From IMG/VR virus record IMGVR_UViG_2698536480_000003: a stretch of 16,051 nucleotides of DNA. One strand, given 5' to 3'. The notes beneath the pieces were generated by a model that did not search any database, had not been told where the DNA came from, and was given only the letters and a program-made list of their open reading frames with translations. Both the position numbers and the translations under genes were made by a program. Below, in pieces: positions 8,680 to 14,770 of the stretch. This DNA comes from a virus. Its lineage: Duplodnaviria > Heunggongvirae > Uroviricota > Caudoviricetes. Numbering within the stretch: the stretch's first letter is position 1; the number at the start of each line of letters is the position of its first letter.

Positions 8680-8795
8680 CAGAATCCTTCCGGATAATTA
8701 GCTCTCCCCTTTAAGGGACCATCCCTCTTATCCCTGCGCGCTACTTAAGTATTTTTGATTCTATTCCGGCACCGTCCAGAACTTCAAACGCGTTG

Positions 8796-8828
8796 AAAAT
8801 AAAAACAAAAACCCGCCGAAGCGGGTTA
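8796..8828 (-). terminator. Rho-independent terminator downstream of hokD (stem aacccgc/gcgggtt, loop cgaa, then T-run on minus)
   Basis: Hairpin at 8810-8827 preceded on the plus strand by aaaataaaaacaaaa, which is a U-run after the hairpin on the minus transcript. Confidence 0.7.
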
Positions 8829-8895
8829 AGTGCGGGTGCGTTGAGGATGCCTGCCACATCAGAGGTGGCGAGGGATTTCTCCCCCGCCGGGTCTC

Positions 8896-9051
8896 TTACT
8901 CCTCAGGTTCGTAAGCTGTGAAGACAGCGACCTCCGTCTGGCCGGTTCGGATTCGTACCTCGCAGAGGTCTTTCCTCGTTACCAGTGCCGTCACTATGAC
9001 GGTTAAACAGATGACGATCAGGGCGATTAACATCGCCTTTTGCTGCTTCAT
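8896..9051 (-). CDS. hokD: Hok-family type I toxin HokD (RelF), 51 aa
   Basis: Hand translation: MKQQKAMLIALIVICLTVIVTALVTRKDLCEVRIRTGQTEVAVFTAYEPEE*. Absent from the ORF track because it is under 60 aa. Confidence 0.9.
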   Translation of the reverse strand: MKQQKAMLIALIVICLTVIVTALVTRKDLCEVRIRTGQTEVAVFTAYEPEE

Positions 9052-9122
9052 AGCCTGCTTCTCCTGTCAACGCAAAGCAGAAGTGTCACCTTCGGTGCGA
9101 AACAGAGATGTCATGCTTTGGT

Positions 9123-9410
9123 TCAGAGAATGCGTTTGACCGCCTCGCTATATACTTCCGAGCGTTCTCTTTTCCCAACAGAAATCACGAAAACGACAAC
9201 TTTCTCGTCTATAACCTGGTATACAAGGCGATAGCCTGAAGACCGGAGCTTAATCTTGTAACAATCAGGCATACCACGGAGCTTGTTTGCTTCAATCCGG
9301 GGTGACTCAAGTACTTCAACCAGCTTCTTTTTCAACTGTTCACGTACCGTCGAGCCCAGCTTTCGCCATTCCTTTAGTGCCCGCTCGTCAAAATCCAGAA
9401 AATACGCCAT
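9123..9410 (-). CDS. relE: Type II toxin RelE (ribosome-dependent mRNA endonuclease), 95 aa
   Basis: MAYFLDFDERALKEWRKLGSTVREQLKKKLVEVLESPRIEANKLRGMPDCYKIKLRSSGYRLVYQVIDEKVVVFVISVGKRERSEVYSEAVKRIL; start overlaps the relB stop (TGATG). Confidence 0.95.
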   Translation of the reverse strand: MAYFLDFDERALKEWRKLGSTVREQLKKKLVEVLESPRIEANKLRGMPDCYKIKLRSSGYRLVYQVIDEKVVVFVISVGKRERSEVYSEAVKRIL

Positions 9411-9649
9411 CAGAGTTCATCCAGCGTCACACGTACTGGCTTAGGATTACGAAGCCGTTCTTTCACTATCTCCACAAGTTCAGCATCTTCATCACTCAGG
9501 AGTGTCTGTTTGAACGGCAAGCGTTCATTGTCAGCGATATACTCGAGCATGAGACGAAGCGCTTCAGAAGGAGTTACACCCATTTTTTCAAGCGCGGCGT
9601 AAGAACGCGCTTTAAGTTCATCGTCAATACGCAGGTTAATGCTACCCAT
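9410..9649 (-). CDS. relB: Type II antitoxin RelB (RHH family), 79 aa
   Basis: MGSINLRIDDELKARSYAALEKMGVTPSEALRLMLEYIADNERLPFKQTLLSDEDAELVEIVKERLRNPKPVRVTLDEL. Confidence 0.95.
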   Translation of the reverse strand: MGSINLRIDDELKARSYAALEKMGVTPSEALRLMLEYIADNERLPFKQTLLSDEDAELVEIVKERLRNPKPVRVTLDEL

Positions 9650-9660
9650 GTCTTACACCT

Positions 9661-9686
9661 CTTGTAATTACAAATGTCATTACAAG
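9661..9686. promoter_or_regulatory. relBE operator-like inverted repeat (cttgtaatta ... tcattacaag) in the relB promoter region
   Basis: Inverted TTGTAAT/ATTACAA hexad-type repeats matching 9 of 10 positions, 12-37 nt upstream of the relB start. Confidence 0.55.
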
Positions 9687-9979
9687 TATCGCACTACAAC
9701 ATGCTTAGGGCAAGTCACGAAGGAAGTCAGAAAGTAGTCGTAAGAACGGTGATCACTGTCCGCTTTGTGCCAGGAGCAGCCATTGCTAAGTCCATCCTGT
9801 ATTGTGCAGGTCAGCTCGTTTTTAAAGAGTCCGGCCATCATCTTACTGGTACAGACACCATATACTTTGTGACGGTCAGGCTACATATGCACAACTCAAC
9901 TTATTCATCTATTTTTTGCTTTAGCATGTCAGTGTTGCTTTCTCGTCGGCGGGTGAGCGGTGACCTGACCTGTCGATAA
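9674..9979 (+). CDS. ydfV: Questionable ORF, 101 aa, divergent from relB and overlapping its operator (YdfV-like placement)
   Basis: ATG at 9674 lies inside the relO repeats; no clear Shine-Dalgarno; position and size are similar to Qin ydfV as I remember it. May not be expressed. Confidence 0.3.
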   Translation: MSLQVSHYNMLRASHEGSQKVVVRTVITVRFVPGAAIAKSILYCAGQLVFKESGHHLTGTDTIYFVTVRLHMHNSTYSSIFCFSMSVLLSRRRVSGDLTCR

Positions 9980-10131
9980 AGGAACGTAACACGTTTTATG
10001 CAACACCCGCATGCGGCAGAAAATTATTGCCGAACGTTTACCCCTGTCAACAAGCTTTACTTTCTGAGGCGCGCCAGCCCGCGAGGAAAACAATCTGAAC
10101 ATCAAACAATTAATGACACAAGAAATACGAT

Positions 10132-10158
10132 TAAAGATTTTTTTGTGCATGCCGATAG
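10132..10158 (+). promoter_or_regulatory. Sigma-28 (FliA) class 3 flagellar promoter: TAAAGATT-11nt-GCCGATAG
   Basis: Close match to the FliA consensus TAAAGTTT-N11-GCCGATAA, 24 nt upstream of the flxA ATG with AAGGAG Shine-Dalgarno between them. Confidence 0.75.
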
Positions 10159-10181
10159 TGCTTTTTTAAAAGGAGAAATCT

Positions 10182-10514
10182 ATGTCTGTCACAATTCAGG
10201 GAAATACCTCAACCGTTATTTCAAACAACTCCGCCCCGGAAGGAACATCAGAAATAGCCAAAATCACAAGACAAATTCAGGTGCTGACTGAAAAGCTTGG
10301 GAAAATCTCATCGGAAGAGGGGATGACGACACAGCAGAAAAAAGAAATGGCTGCATTGGTACAGAAGCAAATTGAAAGCCTCTGGGCTCAACTGGAGCAG
10401 TTGTTAAGGCAGCAGGCAGAGAAAAAGAATGAAGACGCGACAGTTCAGCCTGATAAAAAAGAAGAGAAAAAAGACGATACAAATACCGCTGGCACCATTG
10501 ATATTTACGTCTAA
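10182..10514 (+). CDS. flxA: FlxA (FliA-regulated protein), 110 aa
   Basis: MSVTIQGNTSTVISNNSAPEGTSEIAKITRQIQVLTEKLGKISSEEGMTTQQKKEMAALVQKQIESLWAQLEQLLRQQAEKKNEDATVQPDKKEEKKDDTNTAGTIDIYV; sigma-28 promoter upstream. Confidence 0.9.
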   Translation: MSVTIQGNTSTVISNNSAPEGTSEIAKITRQIQVLTEKLGKISSEEGMTTQQKKEMAALVQKQIESLWAQLEQLLRQQAEKKNEDATVQPDKKEEKKDDTNTAGTIDIYV

Positions 10515-10528
10515 GTGACAGCCGTATT

Positions 10529-10552
10529 GTGGCCCTCATCGGGCCACTTTTC
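10529..10552 (+). terminator. Rho-independent terminator after flxA (stem tggccc/gggcca, loop tcatc, then cttttc)
   Basis: Hairpin at 10530-10546 followed by a T-rich tract, 15 nt after the flxA stop. Confidence 0.6.
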
Positions 10553-10801
10553 GCCATCAGCCTTTTCTTTAAAGACATATTATCTTTGTATCATTTCTGA
10601 TAGTTAACATTACAAGATATAAGTAATGGACGCACTCCCAATTAGTCTATTTAAATCGCCACGAGTTTAACTGACAACCCATGATCAATTATGAATTGCA
10701 ACTATTTCTGTAGTCACTTTTGTGGGGACAGTCCACAAAACTGCCAACTTCCGCTTCTTGCTCTTAGCGGACATTAGCATAGGCTATTTACCATAACGCC
10801 T

Positions 10802-12444
10802 CATTACGCGCACCGCCCAGACTGACTCAGCGCGTTTCTGGCATATCCCCGGTAAAACAAGTAACAAACCACCCGAAAATGAACACCAGAAACGCGACTT
10901 AAGAATCTACCCTATGAATGGATATGCACTCAACCGAATCGATCTTGGTTTCAATCTTTTTTATCGGGATCAGGCTTCTTTTTAGGTAACTTCGGGGGCT
11001 TAACTTGCTGATGACTTTGCGTTCGGCGCGTAAGCCAGGGATGGTCAGCTTTAGGTTTAACATAGTATTTTGAGCGTAAATCAATACGGGCATTATCCAC
11101 TCGTTCATGGACACTCTTTTCATCATCCAGTGGTATAGGCTCCGGGCCATCAACATACTTTTCCCAGCCCAGCGCTTTCCCGTCATACAGAACGTTAATT
11201 TCACCGTCAAAGTTCTCGCATACAGTAACAACCGAATGCCTAAGTCGATATCCCCGGCCCTCACTGCGTACCTGAAACGCACTGCTTTTGTACTGGAAAG
11301 TGAGATTTTTAGACAGAACGCGCTTCGCCTGTAGGCTGAAGATATAACCCAGTTCCTCTTCAGAATGGTGCACATCAAGATGAGCATTATCAGTAGTACG
11401 AGGCGACGTAGCGAACCGGTTGTTATAGGCTTCAATAAAGGTCGGCAACCATGCATTTGCTGTTTCAATATCACTGATATTCTGAAGCCGCATTTCTTTG
11501 ACCAGCCTGTCCTGTAGTGTCTGATTGGCGCGCTCTACCCGCCCTTTTGCCTGCGGGCTGTTGGCATGGATTGGCTCGATGCCCAGTGTCTTTATCGCAC
11601 GAGTGAACTGGGTCAGCTCACCTTCCCGCTCTGGGTTATTTACCCTGAATATACTGTGTCTATCAGAGTAGAGAGCGAGCGGTACGCCATGATCATTAAG
11701 GTAACCCCGGAGGGTTTCCATGTAAGCCCGGGTTGTTTCAGCAGGCACAAAACGCAACGCCATCAACGCACTGGTGGCATCATCAATGAAAACGATCAGT
11801 GTACATCTGGGGCCTCGATTTTCAAACCAGTCATGAGGTGAGCCATCAATCTGGATCAGTTCACCGTAAGATGGTCGTCGCATGCGGCGTTGATATATAC
11901 GGGCAATTTTACGACGGCGTTCACGCCATAACCCCTCTTCTATCATCCACTTTCTGAGAGTTTCAACGGATAAAGATAAACCGTGTATCTCGCGCAATTT
12001 TTCGCACGCAAACGTAGGTCCAAAATCAGCGTAACGGCCTTTGAGGAGTGAAATTACTGTTGCTCTGAATTCAGTAGAAAAGGAATTATTAGGACGCTTT
12101 CCACGTCGGTGGGAAACCAGACCAGAAGGCCCTTCATTTCTATACCGTTGCACCAGACGTTTAACCTGCCGAATAGAAATGCCAATGCGTGCCGCAGCTT
12201 GTTCCTGAATAATCTGAAGTCGGTGGAGTTCCTTATGACTCATCGTAACAGTCTCTTTGATCATGAAAAATCCCCCAGAGAATTGTCTGGGGACATTTTA
12301 GAATGGTTCAAAGGGGACATTACAGCTTGGTGTTAACAATAGCCTGCTTCTCCGTGCCTTTCGGCACGTAAGAGGCTAACCTACATGTGTCTAGCATGAA
12401 ATTGGCCTCAGATTAATGTTAAGCGTCTTGCAGGACGCGTAATG
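10802..12444 (-). mobile_element. Insertion sequence, about 1.64 kb, carrying a single DDE transposase; ends proposed from imperfect terminal inverted repeats (cattacgcg...)
   Basis: 10802-10826 (cattacgcgcaccgcccagac) versus the reverse complement of 12420-12444 (cattacgcgtcctgcaagac): 9 of 9 at the tip, then partial. No clean target-site duplication found, so the exact boundaries are uncertain. Confidence 0.4.
10951..12264 (-). CDS. DDE transposase with N-terminal helix-turn-helix and rve (integrase-core) domain, 437 aa; IS481/ISNCY(IS1202-group)-like
   Basis: N-terminus ELHRLQIIQEQAAARIGISIRQVKRLVQRYRNEGPSGLVSHRRGKRP; catalytic-core-like IQIDGSPHDW ... FIDDATSA ... ANSPQAKGRVER (D, D, E). 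Exact IS family not determined. Confidence 0.8.
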   Translation of the reverse strand: MIKETVTMSHKELHRLQIIQEQAAARIGISIRQVKRLVQRYRNEGPSGLVSHRRGKRPNNSFSTEFRATVISLLKGRYADFGPTFACEKLREIHGLSLSVETLRKWMIEEGLWRERRRKIARIYQRRMRRPSYGELIQIDGSPHDWFENRGPRCTLIVFIDDATSALMALRFVPAETTRAYMETLRGYLNDHGVPLALYSDRHSIFRVNNPEREGELTQFTRAIKTLGIEPIHANSPQAKGRVERANQTLQDRLVKEMRLQNISDIETANAWLPTFIEAYNNRFATSPRTTDNAHLDVHHSEEELGYIFSLQAKRVLSKNLTFQYKSSAFQVRSEGRGYRLRHSVVTVCENFDGEINVLYDGKALGWEKYVDGPEPIPLDDEKSVHERVDNARIDLRSKYYVKPKADHPWLTRRTQSHQQVKPPKLPKKKPDPDKKD

Positions 12445-12598
12445 TTAACTGGGGCTTTTCTCTATCTGCCGTTGGTGTCCATGCCCGAGGCAGATAGCCT
12501 CAAGCGCCCGCAGTCATTCTACTTAACTAAGATTTCCCCGCAAACCGTTTTTGTCCAGCACAGTAAATATCCAACTAAACCAATGGAGTTCGCTGTAT

Positions 12599-12778
12599 TT
12601 ACCGCCAGTATTCAATGCACATGACCGCCATGAACACCCCTAAAAAAAGGGCATTTATATATCCAAATATTAATATCAAAACATCAACTTTTTCCATATA
12701 CCTTGCTGTGAAGATGATGGGCATACATGATGCGAACAACCAGAACGCAACAAACAAAAACTGCAATGCGTTTTTCAT
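12599..12778 (-). CDS. Small predicted two-helix membrane protein, 59 aa
   Basis: MKNALQFLFVAFWLFASCMPIIFTARYMEKVDVLILIFGYINALFLGVFMAVMCIEYWR; AGGAGG Shine-Dalgarno 4 nt upstream of the ATG at 12778. The track ORF 12599..12817 starts at an upstream GTG. Confidence 0.5.
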   Translation of the reverse strand: MKNALQFLFVAFWLFASCMPIIFTARYMEKVDVLILIFGYINALFLGVFMAVMCIEYWR

Positions 12779-13032
12779 TATTCCTCCTACAATCAATGTG
12801 CAATTACATTTAAACACACCTCAATTTGGCCGGACATATAAATATCTAAACCAGAAAAAATCACTTACATAGCGTTACAAACTCTTTAGTCTAAAGGTTC
12901 ATCGTAAAACATTCCCCATACTTATCAGTCCGTTCCGCGCCAGGTAGCTCATTGCCTTATCTGGCAACCTGTAATCAGGTTTCCGCTTTTTCAGTTGGCT
13001 GGTCGTTTAACCGACATAGTTAATCCATTAAT

Positions 13033-13320
13033 CTAGTTGCCGGATGTTGGTGGATTTTCGCGTTTTAGTTGTTCATAAAAGTGCACAGCTTTAACCAGTT
13101 CTTCTGATGTAACTGGGACTGGTGAGGCAGTGAATAAGGCCTGAATTTGATAGTTCGGCCTGTCGTTACAATCCTCTTTTTTCGGTACATATTTCCAGTC
13201 ACCAGACCACTACTTCCCCTGAAAGTCCGTAACGCCTTTTTTCACGTAGCGATATCGCCATGCCACTGGTTTTGCTTGCCCCGCCGTTTCATGCCCTTCC
13301 TGATAATTAATCTCGCTCAT
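13033..13320 (-). pseudogene. Accessory ORF of about 95 codons interrupted by a single in-frame TAG (at 13210-13212)
   Basis: MSEINYQEGHETAGQAKPVAWRYRYVKKGVTDFQGK*WSGDWKYVPKKEDCNDRPNYQIQALFTASPVPVTSEELVKAVHFYEQLKRENPPTSGN*; the frame is intact on both sides of the TAG. Confidence 0.4.
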
Positions 13321-13382
13321 TCATCGCCCCACTCATCACAATATGCTTCGACCGGAGTTTTTCCCGCTTCATAGTCATCACG

Positions 13383-13508
13383 CTAGGATTCGACATCAGC
13401 AGCACTTCCACCGCGTAACTCACCATAGTCCATTAATAGTTCATCCCGCTCTTCAAAACTGATGTTATATTTAGCTGAACAAAAATCAGCCACTTTGTTC
13501 TTCCTCAT
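13383..13508 (-). CDS. Candidate small protein, 41 aa (MRKNKVADFCSAKYNISFEERDELLMDYGELRGGSAADVES)
   Basis: ATG-initiated minus-strand ORF read by hand; in tandem with the neighbouring small ORFs; no family recognised. Confidence 0.25.
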   Translation of the reverse strand: MRKNKVADFCSAKYNISFEERDELLMDYGELRGGSAADVES

Positions 13509-13557
13509 CGTCTTTTATTTCGTGGTATGAGTAATTGCAGTAGTTAAAGAAAATTTC

Positions 13558-13668
13558 TTATGCTCCGTCATGAATTTCCTCAGGTGTTGCGTCATCGTCC
13601 ACTTCGAATACATCCTCAAAATCTCCACCAGCTATTCCCGTTTCAATAATAATTTTGAACTTTCGCAT
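13558..13668 (-). CDS. Candidate small acidic protein, 36 aa (MRKFKIIIETGIAGGDFEDVFEVDDDATPEEIHDGA)
   Basis: ATG-initiated minus-strand ORF with GGAGG and a GC hairpin (gccgccc/gggcggc) upstream; no family recognised. Confidence 0.25.
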   Translation of the reverse strand: MRKFKIIIETGIAGGDFEDVFEVDDDATPEEIHDGA

Positions 13669-13840
13669 TTCACTACCGCCCTTTCGGGCGGCCTCCTGAT
13701 GTTCTGAGGGTGCAGAAATCCATCCGGTTAAGGATTAAATTTTATTTACAGAACTGAATTTAATTATTCAGATATACGTATCTGTAGCCTTACGAATCTA
13801 CTCACTGGATGCCTCTTTCATAAAAATAATCCAGTGGGTT

Positions 13841-14287
13841 TTATCGTTTTTTCCCTGTTCGTTGACAGATAACAGGTTTTCTGTCTGTCAGTGCCAGAAT
13901 CTGGCTTACCGGTATTTGCGTTTCATTCCATTAAAAAATCAGAACGCCGTGCGGCCTCAACACCCGAAAGGCTTCTTTAAATCTCTGTCGCGAATCATCA
14001 CGCCAGGCATCTTTATTCAGCCGTCCATATTTCTTTCCCATCCAGGCGTTATCACCAACACTCTCAAGATGCGGAGGGTCTAATACAACCATCGAAAAAG
14101 ATGCGTCTGCAAATGATAATGCACGAAAATCTGCGATAATGTCAGGGCTGATAATCAAGCGTCTCCCATTGCGTAATGTGTATCCTTCTTTTCTGATATC
14201 GCTGAATATCGCCCGTTCGTCAGACTTATCGAACCAGAACATGCGGCTGCCACAGCACATATCAAGAATGGTTGCCGGTGCACTCAC
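13841..14287 (-). pseudogene. Small SAM-dependent methyltransferase (motif I LDMCCGS followed by DPPH, RsmD/gamma-like order), about 150 codons, interrupted by one in-frame TAA at 13931-13933
   Basis: Track ORF 13931..14287 (118 aa) ends ...RPHGVLIF*, and the same frame continues WNETQIPVSQILALTDRKPVICQRTGKKR* to 13841. Start is GTG overlapping the upstream ORF stop (GTGA). Confidence 0.55.
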
Positions 14288-14454
14288 TGCGCCACGTCCT
14301 GAAAATTACCCTGATAGAAAGCCAGTATGCGCTGCATAACTTCGCTCTTCCGGCACTCGCGACAGATTATGTTTAGGCGACTGTCGTAGCGACGTATTTC
14401 TCCGTCAGGTGATGACCAGATAAGGTCCGGATCAACCACAGCAGGTTTCTTCAC
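14284..14454 (-). CDS. Candidate 56-aa protein translationally coupled to the methyltransferase (GTG start; VKKPAVVDPDLIWSSPDGEIRRYDSRLNIICRECRKSEVMQRILAFYQGNFQDVAQ)
   Basis: GAGGG 5 nt upstream of the GTG at 14454; its TGA stop overlaps the methyltransferase GTG start. The open frame extends further upstream without a standard start codon. Confidence 0.35.
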   Translation of the reverse strand: MKKPAVVDPDLIWSSPDGEIRRYDSRLNIICRECRKSEVMQRILAFYQGNFQDVAQ

Positions 14455-14598
14455 CTTTGCCCTCGAGAGTTTTTTGCGGGCGTTTTGCCAGTCCTTACGC
14501 GCCTGTTCAGAGGGGAATAACCCGTATCCGAAGAGCAGTTAATTGCGCTGAAAGGAATAAAAAAAGGTACGTTAAAAAAGGCCCGGGAAAAATCGTTT

Positions 14599-14736
14599 AT
14601 GGAAGGAAGGGAATATAAGCATGTCGCTCATGACGGTATGCCATGGGATAACAGTCCATGCTTTTACAACCTGGAAGAAATTGATCGCTGGATTGAGCGC
14701 CAGGCATCAGCGAGACCAAGACGTCATCTTACTTGA
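14599..14736 (+). CDS. Excisionase-like C-terminal remnant, 45 aa from the first ATG (MEGREYKHVAHDGMPWDNSPCFYNLEEIDRWIERQASARPRRHLT)
   Basis: The frame is open from 14521 (PVSEEQLIALKGIKKGTLKKAREKSF...) but has no ATG/GTG/TTG before 14599. The GREY and YNLEEIDRWI motifs resemble excisionase-like proteins from memory. Sits immediately upstream of int. Confidence 0.4.
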   Translation: MEGREYKHVAHDGMPWDNSPCFYNLEEIDRWIERQASARPRRHLT

Positions 14737-14770
14737 CTAAAAGCCACACTAACTAATGAGAGAAGTTGAA

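Noticed and set aside
8918-9234. Plus-strand ORFs 8918..9139 and 9040..9234 antisense to hokD and relE; also considered as a possible sok-like antisense RNA
   Set aside because: No recognisable sok promoter or terminator structure by eye, and the ORFs are antisense shadows; I cannot support an antisense RNA call without an alignment.
9287-9667. Plus-strand 126-aa ORF antisense to relE and relB
   Set aside because: Entirely opposite two unambiguous toxin-antitoxin genes.
9929-10578. ORFs 9929..10150 (-), 9998..10291 (+) and 10264..10578 (-) around flxA
   Set aside because: They overlap the flxA promoter or coding sequence or its terminator and lack translation signals.
10899-12336. ORFs 10899..11474 (-), 11107..11334 (+), 11566..11841 (+) and 12109..12336 (+) within the IS
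   Set aside because: Alternative-frame or antisense shadows of the 437-aa transposase gene.
10782-12344. Alternative IS boundaries based on a short ggctatt/aatagcc inverted match
   Set aside because: Only 7 bp match and it degrades immediately; the 10802/12444 pair gives a longer terminal match, so I used that, still with low confidence.
12442-12872. Plus-strand ORFs 12442..12624 and 12615..12872
   Set aside because: The first begins at the proposed IS end with no ribosome-binding site; the second is antisense to the small membrane protein and is low complexity.
13147-13374. Plus-strand 75-aa ORF
   Set aside because: Antisense to the stop-interrupted minus-strand ORF, which has the more protein-like translation.
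13862-14339. Plus-strand ORFs 13862..14083 and 14139..14339
   Set aside because: Antisense to the methyltransferase gene, whose motifs I (LDMCCGS) and IV (DPPH) identify the real frame.
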